NCBI GenBank assembly: GCA_965202585.1
Contig: OZ241831.1
Span: 28,582,001-28,646,000 of the forward strand
DNA length: 64,000 bases
Reading direction: 5' to 3'
From: Thalia democratica
Taxonomy: Eukaryota
A program made the position numbers and the translations under genes. Each line of letters begins with the position of its first letter. Position 1 is the first letter of the stretch. The notes below the pieces were generated by a model. That model was not told the DNA's origin, did not search any database, and saw only the letters and a list, made by a program, of their open reading frames with translations. Below are positions 49,261 through 61,012 of this stretch, piece by piece.

Positions 49261-52200
49261 AAAGAATAAAACGACTGAAAAAGAATATATTGGCCAACAA
49301 AAGTTGGTTTTCGGTAAACAATAGTAAGTAACAAAGTAGATGTGCACAATTATTATAAACTGATTAATAATCATCCAAGAAAGTTAAGTAATTATCTCTA
49401 TTTATTTCAGTAGTAAGCTTTTAATTTAAAATTCAAATTTTTATTTTTAATTATTTTAACAATAAATTTTAAATTTTGCCAATTAGTTCATCAATATTAG
49501 GAATAAGAAAATGCCCTATATATTTATAACTACCTTATTTAGATCTGTACAGCTAAGAATGAGCCATTTTATTAAAAATCTTTAAAAGGAATTTATTAGG
49601 ATTTCACAGGTGATCTAGAAAAAGTAAAGTCATTTATAACTTAAAACGCCACTAAGATAGTGTGTATATCGGCAGAACTTCCAGATATTTTTTATTAGAA
49701 GAGATCAACATATTTAAAAAACCCTTTGAAGTTGGATGAACACGGGTTTTAATAGACCATCTAATAGGTCGTCGGCGATTGCAAAACACTTGTAAAACTA
49801 TTTTGATTGTGTAAACAACTATAATGATAAAATTTTTAAATATTAAGTAAAGCACATAATACTTACAACCTAGGCGTTTTAGAACTTTTGTTTATAAAAA
49901 CTTTTAGACCTAAGTAATGCAAAAGCAACAGAATGTTTATATATCTGATATTTATAAGTTTTTATAAATTCTTTGTCTAACTTGTAGCTTATTTTATTAC
50001 TTTTATTGTTTTTTTTTTACGTATGCTTATTTAACTGATTTTGGTTAATTAAATAATTGAGTATTTTCTGATAAGTCCTAAAACTGCTTACTTACTAAAA
50101 AATTAATTATAAAATCAGTTGCGAACAGAAGTAGTTGATAAGAGTTAATTGAAATATATTTTACATGTTACTCAATATGAATGTTTTTGAATGGATGGTG
50201 TCTCAAGTTTTTGTTTGATATTTTCTGAAGTTGTTTAATTCGATTTTAAAAACTACAAAATAGATTAAATTAGTAATCTCTTAACATATTTAGGTTATTA
50301 ATTTTGAAACTTTGATTTTAAAAGATTAAATGTGTTAAAATTAGTCAAAAAACATTTACAAACATACAATTTTCCTGTATTAACTTACTTATGTTTCCAA
50401 TCAATTTTAAATCAAGTTTCAATCAAAGTTTTGTAATAGCAATATTGTCCAAATATAATTTCTTATTATGCTATTTACTCTAATTATTATGCAATTATGT
50501 GCTGGATTTATTATGCAACTATGTCATGCAATTATGCAATATAACTTCCTAGTATGCAACTACGTCAATGACAAGACTTTAAAAAGTATCCAAGTAATGT
50601 GCGACTCGATAACTGAAAGGTTTTTTCGTGCACCTTGTCCTATTACAAAATATTTTAAGCGACTTGTTTTTGTCGTTCAAAAAACTGTACTACAATTATT
50701 CTAATCATTCTTTTAAAAAGCATGTATGAATTGTATAATGTTAGAACTGCTAGATATGCTACATTAGTCAAAAATATTTCAAAAATGAGTGAAAGAAGTT
50801 CTTGTGACCATATTTTTAATCGATGAATTTTATCGTGTTCAATTAACAATGCAAATAACTAGCATAATTGTTTGGTAAATACAGTAAAATTTTCTATTAA
50901 AACATAATTAGTGTCAGTAAAAATGTTTAGGTTTTATAAATCTAGAAATTTCAAAACTTTACTTTTCGGCCTTTAACTTATTAGAGCTAGACGTAAGGCC
51001 ATCTGATTTGAAAAATCATACTTCTTACAACCGCTAAATTTATTAAAGCTCTTATTACAGCAACTATGGTACAATCCACGTAAATTAGAACAATTTTGTG
51101 CATTAGATTTATGTTTTTATAGTAAAACATTACACTAAGTATATCATTTTAGCTGTTTGTATGTTTATTTAAACAAGTACTAACTAAAACGCTCTTTCTT
51201 AGATCAAAAACTAATTAATTTTACTTTTAAACCAGCTTTTAGTTAACATAAAAATTTATTTTAATAATCCAGACTAAGTAAATAAGATACTTCGAGTTGC
51301 AAAGTTTTTTTTTTTTGCAATGCTTAAATTGCAATGCGTAATAAAGATATTTGCAATGCGTATATTTCAAATTAAGCTAAATTTTAGTAAACTGGAACTT
51401 TTATTTTTAGAATAGTACTCAAAAAATAAGTTTAAATAGTTTAAAAGTCTTAAATTCCCTCAGAGGTTACAAACAATCTTAAATGCGAAGTTAGTACAGC
51501 ACTGGATTTATAACAGTATACAATTATTAATAATAAAAAAGCAGTAAAGAAAATTTACTTCTGATAAACACCTTTTAATTAAAGAGATAAAGAAAGAAGT
51601 AAATTTTGTTATTTTGACAAACTATTTTGTATTAAACTATATTACAAATTAAATTGAAATTTTTAAGCTAATTTTTAAAGTTCTTTAAATCCTAAAGGTA
51701 CATCCAAGGTTTGATTTTATTTGAAATGCTTTGTTAGTTTAATCTATCATTAAGTACTATTTTTATTAGTATTAATAAACTTAGTATTAAATAAATTAAA
51801 AACAATTGTTGTAGTTTCCTTCAGAACTTTTGATTCGCAACAAAATATTTACCATGTGTGGGTTTTTAAAACGTAATAAGTTTAAAAGTATTTGAGATAT
51901 ATAGTTGAACTAAAATAAGTTTTAAATACAAACTATGATTTTTTTTCTTATTTAGAAGGTTTATTATATGTTTTGACTTATAGAAAAAAATAAAGAGATC
52001 TCGACTACTAGAGAAGAATTGATGAATTTATTCTTTCAAGACTTTATTTTACAAACTAAGTTTCAGTCATAGACCTCGTCAGTGCTTAAAGAAATCTAAA
52101 AAGATACGTGACAGTCATGGAAAGTAGCATCTAAACAATTAAAAAAAATATATTTTTACTCAAAATTATTATTAGAAAACAAAACAAATAAATTTTAATA

Positions 52201-52874
52201 TTAAGATTGAATTTATGGTGAATTTTAAATTTTAGTTAAGTTTCAAAATCAATATAACAACAAGAGTAATAATAAAAAATGTATATAATTTTCTTTTTTC
52301 TTCTAGTTAGTTTTCAAAGTAACATTGCTTAAAAAAAAATTAGTGAAAAGTACTAAGTGTGCTTTAGTTGAGATGCATTTTCATAGGGACGTAACTATTG
52401 AAATTTTTAACCATTTCGTATTTGTAATAGCTGTGAAAACTTTAAATTTTGCTTGATTGTTTTTTATAAAAGCTTTCATTTAAAAACAAATTTTTACTTT
52501 AAACAAAACAAATTAAATTTTAATATTAAGATTTAATTATAAAAAAGTTTAAATTTTGGTTAAGTCTCAAAATCAAAAAGCAATAATGAAGTTTATTAAA
52601 AAGTTTATAATTAATGATCTTTTCTACAATTTATTAATATTAATTACAAACTTTTACAATAAGAAACAAATCATAGTTTGTATTTAAACTTATTTTAAAA
52701 TTTTGGTATGAAGGCAGTCTGCCTCTTTTGATTCTAAAGACCGGATAAAATTAAACTTATTTTACTTATAATTTTAGCTTTTAGTTTTAATTTATTATAA
52801 CAAACATACTAACAAACTAAAAATGACTTTCAAAATCATTTTTTAAATCTTATTCATTGTTTTTTATTATGACG

Positions 52875-53382
52875 TCATTGAACAGTTTTGTTTTCAAGAA
52901 TAGTCGGTGTTCCTTGCTTCAACAAATCATATCTTTCCTGGCAATAATTTTAGTATCTTTTTTCTACTTTCCTTTTTCTCTTCTCTCAATCCTTAGTGAT
53001 CTTGATATAACCATCTTTTTCTTTAGACAATTCAGCATCTTTTTTTAATATCAAATTGTTTTCTGACAGCCAATCATTGTTGCTTTAGTACAAAATATTT
53101 AAGTTTTTCTCTGATCTAATTTAGCCTGCAGTTACTGCTGCATGTTGTCTCTGTTATAACGAGATACGCATCGAGATGATACGCGCCAAATTCACCTTCC
53201 AAAACGTGCATTTTCGACGCTTCAGCCAAGAAGCTCATTGGCAGAAAGCTCACCTCTGTATCGAGCTCCCCGAAGCACAAAGTCGTTTTGACGCCTTTCG
53301 ACACTTTCACAAAGTCTTGGTTGCAGAACAAGTGTAGGTCCATGTAGTCATATTCTATTTTGTCGTAGTTCAAATAAAACTC
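52875..53382 (-). pseudogene. Truncated, disabled copy of the 245-aa orphan gene
   Basis: Reverse-complement match to 28431-28937. The first ~230 nt of the CDS, including the ATG, are deleted, and premature stops occur in the 3' half (e.g. CAA>TAG, TGG>TGA). Confidence 0.9.
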
Positions 53383-56300
53383 AATATGTACATGTAGATA
53401 TAGTTTTTAATTTACATTAAACTAAATGATTAAGTTTCTTGTTTTTGACTAGAATAACATAAATCATTGTAAGAATTGTTTTAAAGTGTATATGCTTTGA
53501 ATATGTTTTTTATACTTAAAATACTTCAGCTCAAAATAAATTTTTATAAGAGTTTAGTTTCATAAGTTGCATTCACCTGCTTTACAACTTTAATAAATTT
53601 TTATAGTCTCTAAATTATTGCGAAAACAACAAAAAGTAATTAAAATAAAGTTACTGAGCTTATGATAAAAAAAAAACGAAATTAAATACTTACTTTACTA
53701 CATCTATTTATAAAATTTTGTTCGCTATCTTTTGAATAGTATAAGTAAAAAAGTTTAGTATATTAGCAAAGTTTTATTCTATATAAGATAACTGATACTT
53801 ATAAACAAGTTAGTACTATTAATGAAATTTGATTATCAATGATAAAAATAAAAATTTAATATGAAAAATATTACTTATTGTTGCCATTTCACACAGTTTA
53901 TAAACAGGTTTTTAAATATTTCAAAAACCTGTTAAACTTTAGTTTAGTATATTATAACCTGATACAAATCTTGTTTATCATCTAGTCATAAATAGTGTAA
54001 CTTTGTGATTTAAAAATAAAAACTCTGCTAGACATTTTTTGTTTTATAGCAAGAGGATTTTTTTTCTAATAAACACTTATAATTAGACTATCTTAGTGAA
54101 GTTCCCGATGATTTAACTTTAGAGAAGGTGTAGTAAACGTGTTGAAGAAGTTTCAAGAAGATCTTAAGATGTTAGATATTGAGCTTGAAGTATCTCGAGA
54201 ATATACATACTAAATAACACGAAATACCAAAATAAGTATTTTACTCTATTATGAAGAATTAGTCTAACTTTTATAGCTTCAGTAAAAAAACTAAAATTGC
54301 GAAAGAACAAAAGAAAAACTTTGAATAGTAACAAAAAATTACTTTTTGCTTTAGAGAAAACTAATTTTAATCTATTGAATTACATCTTAGTCAAAAAATA
54401 CGTATACGTAACGAAGTTATTTTGTATTCTTTAGAATAAATTTTTTCATACTTGTAAAATAAAATAACGTCTTAAATATATTTGTCTATCGTTAAATGTT
54501 TTTTATTAAAACAACAAAATCATGTTATGAGTTTTATCTTACAATATTGAGTTTTTGAAAAATGTATTAACTAATAGTTTTTTTTATTAAAAATGTGAAC
54601 CACGCTATTACAGTCCTGCACAAGATGTTAAAAGGTATCCAATAGGTGTGCAATTCGATAACTGAAAGGTTTTTTGTGCACCAGGTCCTAGGACCAAACA
54701 TTTTCAGCGTCTTTTTTTCGTCGTTCAATAAACCATAATAGCATAATAGTAAACTATTATTTTTACGGTTAGTTAGTGTTTTACATTTGTTCTACTAGTA
54801 ATTTTGTTTTTCTTGGTGTTTTGTGTTACATAATAAAATCTAATTAATAGTTTGATGTTCGTTTTGTCATGTCTAACTAGTTCTATTAAGATTGTATGCA
54901 TAAATTTAGCGAGTAGATAATAAGCTGGAGTTCGGTCAAACAATTGAAGTATATATTTTACGGGAACGGGTCAAAATTGCACAAAGACAAAGTTGCACGA
55001 GGTTACTAAATTGCACAAGGGGACTAAATCGCACAAAGACAAAATTGCACGAGGAAACAAAATTGCACGAAGATAAATTTGCACGAGGGAACAAAATTGC
55101 ACGAAGACAAATTTGCACCGAGGGTCAAATTTGCATGGAAGGTCATTTTTGTACGAGAGTAAAAAAAATACTCAAAAAAAAAGAAAAAAAAAAACTAAAA
55201 GGTGAATAAATAAAACTTAAATAACATTTTTTTTTTTTTTTAACAAATTAACTATTTTTTTTTTAACTTGAATCACGATATTATAATGGTACATTATAAT
55301 TTTTACGGATAGTTAATGTTTAACACTTGTTCCACAATTTTTTTGTTCTTAGTTGTTTGTATAACATAATTATAGCTCACGAATCTTAGATAAATACTTC
55401 TTTAAGAAACAAGTTTAGGTAAAGATAAACCGCTGGAACTTAAATTAGTTTGATACACTTTTAAAAAGTGAGTGGCTAAGACAACAGATATTTATTACAA
55501 TCTGCCTACACCAGAAATATCAAACCTCTGATTTAATTGGCCGCGTTTAAGAAAATTAAAAAAAATATTTATGCCGCAAAACGAACACTTGTTGGGCAAT
55601 TTGACATTCACAATAAACTAATTATTTTTAAAGTACGGCATAAAAAATCTAAAAGCCGGTTAGCAAATGTAAAAAGTTTGACATTCGTTTTGTCATGTCA
55701 AACTAGTTTTCTTAAGATTGTATGCACAAATTTAGTGAGTAGATAATAATCAGGGGTTCGGTCAAACGGTTGAAGTATATTTTTATATAAAGAAAGCAAA
55801 ACTAAACTTACGCTATACTCTATAATTTAATATTTTCAAGTATTTCAACCAATAAAAAAAACTTTCAGCATAAAATACTGACATAATTCAACGTAAAAGT
55901 AATTCATCTTTTTACAACTTTACCTTTGCCTATTTTTCAATTATTTTCATGTTTATAAGTAGTGTTTATCTCGTTTTATGAAGAAGTTTTAGTTGGTTTT
56001 TTAGGTCTAGAAATGTTATTTACCTTCTATTTTTATTTTTTTGAGTTTTAGGCTTAGACTGTATTTTAATTTTTGTCTTATAAACAAGTTTTTTTGAACA
56101 TTATGAATAAAACTTTTTTAGGTAAGCACATAACTTGGTTTATTTTCGTTTAATTTTTATTTCTATTCGTTCATTTTATTGATTGATTTATTTCTTTTAG
56201 ATTTTAAATTTTATATTAAAATGTTTTAATTTTTTAGCTTGTAAGAAATTGTTTAAGCATGTAGTGTATGACTCGATAGTCGAAAGTTTTTTCGTACACC

Positions 56301-56774
56301 AGCTTCTTAGACCAAAGTTTTTGAACGTCTTTTTATTGTTCAATAAACAATATATATATATATATAATGTGAACCATATATATAATATATATATAATTTA
56401 TTGAAATGACGATTTTAAAAATGCTGGATTATATGTTTCATAAAGACAAAAAAGATTGTCTCTAATCTTCAGCCAGTTCAAATTTAAAATAAAAAGCACT
56501 TTGGTAAACAAAGGTGCAAAAGTTTAAAAAAAACAAGAACAATATGACGTAAGAATTGAACATTGTACATTACAAATGTTCAGTACAAAAATCGATCTAC
56601 CATCTAACTAATCAAATAACTAAAGTTAACGAAAACAACAGTTAATTTACTATAAAATACTTCAAAATCAAAAATTAAATTATTTAAAAGCCCTTCAAGT
56701 GGGCTCAGTAGAAGGTGTTCAAGTTTGAACATTAACCTTATTTTATAAATATATGTATATATATAAACTTCCCT

Positions 56775-57158
56775 ATGGTAAATGGAAGTTGCTTAATGGA
56801 AAATATTATATATAAAGCTACAGTCAAAACTGAAAACCAGACCAAATTTTATGTTGGCTCGACTGGACTATCGTTCAAGAATCGCCACACAAAGCACAAG
56901 TACAGCTTCAAACACGAAAAACATAAAAACACGACAACTTTATCGCAGTACATTTGGAAACTAAAAAATAACGAAGTTAATTTTAAAATTCAGTGGGAAA
57001 TATTAACAAGAACGAAAAATAAATATAGTTTAAAAAACGGATGTAAATTGTGTAATGCGGAAAAAATCAAAATTTTAAAAGTTAATAAATCAGAATCTCT
57101 AAACAAAAGAAACGAATTACAAACTGGCTGCATACATTATCGTAAACAATTTATCTAA
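56775..57158 (+). mobile_element. Penelope-like element 3' fragment (GIY-YIG endonuclease, different subfamily)
   Basis: ENIIYKATV...FYVGSTGLSFKNRHTKHKYSF...TLSQYIWKLK...CKLCNAEK...LNKRNEL...CIH is a typical PLE GIY-YIG with Cys/His motif. A hammerhead lies just downstream once the MITE is removed. Confidence 0.85.
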
Positions 57159-57206
57159 AAACTATGTTAATAAATTTGTCTAAAATCAACTATCTTTTAT
57201 TACGTA

Positions 57207-57977
57207 CAGTAACCTTTCGCATCTTTACGCACTCATGACGTTACGCACTCTCGTTTAGTTACGCATTTTACAATTCTAGAAAAATGCTAAAAATAAAATT
57301 CTAATTTGCTTTAATATTGCACAAATTAGGTTTATTGTATATTTTTAACTTAAAATATGTTTTTACATGCTAACTCACCTCAATAGATCTTTAGACTTTG
57401 TAAAATTATGTTCCTTGACTAACTAATAAACATTTGTAATACTTCAGTATATAAGAAATTTTGTTAACAACAAGAGATTAAATTAAAATTCTTAAAAAAA
57501 TATGACTTTGTTAAATAATGAAAGTATAATGAAATAATGAGAGTTTAAAACATAAATAAATAATACAGCACTTTTGCCCTATATATAAATGAACATCTAA
57601 AAAAGAAATCTAATGAAACTTCCTAGCATAAGGTAGCAGTGATACTTAATAAATGTAGAGCTTACAATTAACACAAATCTCAGTTGTTTATTATTATTGA
57701 AATTAGTAAAATTTTTATACAAGTATTATTATTTTATATAAATTTAAATACTTTTTTTAGTATATGTATAGTTTCATCTTTTATTTTCATATTCATAAAT
57801 CAAGTAAACAAATTTTTTAAAATGGATAAGTCTCCAGTCTGTTTATAACTAGAAGAAATATCAAAAAACAGCCATTATAGTTAGTATATTTAATACCTCT
57901 CGTATCTTTACGATCTCTCATATCTTTACGCACTTTTTCTGTGGACACAATGTGCGTAAATAAGCGAGAGGTTACTG
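57207..57977. mobile_element. Tc1/mariner-like MITE, 771 bp
   Basis: 26-bp TIRs cagtaacctttcgcatctttacgcac / gtgcgtaaataagcgagaggttactg, with TA on both sides. Confidence 0.85.
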
Positions 57978-58039
57978 TAATACCTAATTTTGTATAATTT
58001 TATTGCTGTACTTACAAGTTTGCTTTTCATTGAATAAAA

Positions 58040-58083
58040 CTTGGCTGAAGACGCGTATTAAACGCAGAAACAGCTGTCCCAAG
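58040..58083 (+). ncRNA. Minimal type I hammerhead ribozyme in the Penelope 3' UTR / pseudo-LTR
   Basis: cuugg-CUGAAGA-c-gcgu-auuaa-acgc-a-GAAA-C-AGCU-G-UC^-ccaag. It has a perfect 5-bp stem I, a palindromic tetraloop on a minimal stem III and a GUC triplet. The first pair of stem II is a C.A mismatch. Confidence 0.8.
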
Positions 58084-58931
58084 CAAAAGTTTATTTTGAT
58101 TTTATATATATATATATAAAAGTATAACATCACAAAATCTATAACCAACTAGTTTACTATATCTAATTTATATTAGATCTAAAATTCCTAAAACATACGA
58201 AGTTGTTTTAGATATCTACAAATTAGTTTACGGGTCACATTTTAAAAGAGATGTAATGATGTATAGTTGTATGTAAAACAATTAGAATACGTCCGGATAA
58301 AGTAGATCATAATTTTGTTTAAAATTAGTGATCTACTCGTCCATAAATTGACATCAAGCCAAATTCTGACCTTTTTTTTAAAACAAGGTATTTTTTTGTT
58401 TCAAAATAAAACCAGACCTAAAGTTTAAAAAAACAGTTAATTTTACAATACACTGCGAAAATAAAAGTTCATTGATTTAGTAACAAACATCCTTCTTTAA
58501 AAACGCTTAAAAAGTTTGGTCTGAGGACTTGGAGTACGAAAAAAAAAGTTGACTGTGATAAAGCATAATAGTTAAAAAAAAGATTACTATCACATAAATA
58601 TCACATATACAAACTTTTAATATAAGTATAAACTATATTTAGAATATACATGAAAGAAGTTATAAGTTGCTGTAAACTTTTAGTACTTTATTTGATAAAA
58701 TAACAGGCTCAAGTAGTGAATAAGTGTTTACAAAAAAACAAAAATAAGTCACCATTTCATTATTTATCTGAATTGCTTTGAAATCACAGTGTAAAATCTT
58801 TAAAATTATATCAATGGACGTAAAAATTTTAATCTTGGAACTTTACAAAAAGTCTATAATTTAAGCCTGAAAGATGAGCTTCGACATTTTTTTTTCTTCG
58901 TAAAAATTTCATTCATTAACTGTATATATTT

Positions 58932-61012
58932 GGGAAAGGGTCTAAATTGCGCGAAGACAAAATTGCACGAGGTTACTAAATTTCACGAGTACTAAACTTC
59001 ACGAGTACAAAATTTCACGAGTGTACAATAGTGCACGAAGACTAGTTTGCACGCGGGCACAAAATTGCTCGAGGGGGAAAAATTGCACGAAGACTATTTT
59101 GCACGGAAGCTCAATTTTGCACGGAAGGTAATTTAACGGAAGAGACAGTTTTGCGCAAAAAAATACTAACTTAAAATAACTAAACAGGAATAAAAAAAAA
59201 CTTTATATTTTATAAAAAAAATAATAAGCATGTATAAGCGTAATTAATTTTAATTTAATTAAGTTTATATTAATCTCATTTATTTTTCTTTTTTTTAAAT
59301 TAAAATAGTTTTATTAATTGAAACTAAATTATTGTGTTTACAAACTAATATAAATTTGAAAAGTTTTTAATAAAAATCAAACTAGAATTTAAATTAAATA
59401 AAAATATCCCTTATTAAAGAATAAACATGTATTGGTGTAAACTTAAATTAAATTAACATTATACTAAACTTCAATATGAAACAAAACAAAACTAAAAATT
59501 AAGATAAATAAATAATATTTACATGGGTAGGTGTTAAAATTGCACAAGCGTACAAAATTGCACGAAGATACTTTTGCACAGTAAAAAACGAGCATGCGAA
59601 ATATAAAAGACAATTAAATAAATTTAGAAAGGAGAAAATCCGTCTGATGAAATTTTTATCGTGCATTGTACAGAAAGTTTTGTTACGGCTGTGTTCTTAC
59701 ATAAATTATACTTTTTTTTTTAATAAAAGTTTTAAACATAATTTATTTATCATTATTTTCTAAACTTTACTTTAGTTGCATCACTATTTGCGCGCGTTTT
59801 ACTCTAACTAGCTCTTAAGTTTCTCCTGCTCTGTTTTTTCTCTTAATCTAACCCAGACTTGCAAAAAAGCACTGACAGAAGCAATTTTCTTCTTACGTTT
59901 TTCGAAGAAAAAGGAGATACAAGCTTTTGACTAAACTGAAACAAACGAAATAATACAACAGCTACAATTAGTTAATATATATATTTTTAACAAAAAAAAT
60001 TTATTAAAATAAAAAACCTCTTTTTGGTAATTATATTTTGATAACGGTTAGAATTTAATTTTATAGTTTAGTTTTTATTTCTATTTATAGTATTTTTTTT
60101 TGATTGATTTTTATTTACTGTCTAATTTGTTCATTTTGACTTTTTTAGTTATTATTATTTCTTTAAAACTTAGTTATTTATTTATTTCATTTATTTTGAC
60201 TTTTTCATTAATTTTATTAAATTTTGATTTCAAGAATTATTTAATATTTTTATTATTTAATCTATTAGTTTTTAAATTTTATGAATCTTATTTGTTTTTT
60301 TAATTTTTTTAAAATTTATTTATTATTTAGTTATTTAATTTTTTAAATGCTGACTTTTTTTATTATTTATTTTAATCTATTTAACATTTAGTTTTTATTT
60401 TTTACTCAAATTTTTTTTGTTCTTACTTAAAATTATTATATATACATTTATTTTTATGTATTTATAATTTTTTGTATAATTATTATTTAATTTGTTATTT
60501 TTTACTTAATTTTTATTTATATTTTTTTTTTACTAAATTACTTAAAATATTTTATTAATATATTTTTTTTAGTTATTAAACTTTATAATTAAATCTTTTT
60601 TTATTTTTGAAATATTATATAATTTTTTTCGTATTTTTCTTTTAATTAGTAATTAGATTTTCTAATTATGAATCTTTTTTTTTTATAAGTTTTTTGTGCA
60701 AAAGAGTCTTCTCGTGCAATTTTGTCCCCTCATTTAAAAATGTCTACGCGCAATTTAGACCCGTCCCTGGGAAAGAAACAAAATCCGTGCAGAACTGACC
60801 CTCCGTGCTAAATTGTCACTCGTGCAAATATGATCCTTTGTGCAAAAGTGTCTGCGTGCAAAATTGTCTGCTCGTGAAAAAATGTACCTTCGTGCAAAAG
60901 TGAACCTTCGTACAATTTTGTCTACGTGCAATTTTATCTTCGTGCAAGTTAGTCTTCGTGCAAAATTATCTTCGTGCAATTTCGTGTTTTCGTGCAATTT
61001 AGACAGCTTTCC
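58932..61012. mobile_element. TIR element family built from arrays of (aaa)ttgcacga repeats. Other copies at 25448-25855, 26691-27191, 54962-55160, 59525-60767 (nested) and 61690-62301
   Basis: Termini gggaaagggtctaaattgc / gcaatttagacagctttcc with an exact 8-bp TSD atatattt (58924-58931, 61013-61020). The 26691-27191 copy is flanked by aaactt, and the paralogous duplicated arm shows the empty site. Confidence 0.8.

Larger units (their letters stand above)
46700..58540. repeat. Right arm of the inverted segmental duplication, interrupted by later insertions
   Basis: Same block matches as the left arm. It contains the pseudogene plus Penelope and MITE insertions that are absent from the left arm. 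Confidence 0.8.

Noticed and set aside
50068-50080. ctgataagtcc, resembling the 5' half of a hammerhead in the inverted Penelope flank
   Set aside because: The core is mutated and no GGAC-GAAA half follows.
54962-55160. Regularly spaced ~20-nt repeats resembling a CRISPR array
   Set aside because: No unique spacers and no cas genes; the units are degenerate subterminal repeats of a eukaryotic TIR element.
59640-59688. ccgt-CTGATGA…GAAA…acgg hammerhead-like motif
   Set aside because: Stem II cannot fold convincingly and the stem III C-G pair is missing; at most a very decayed relic.
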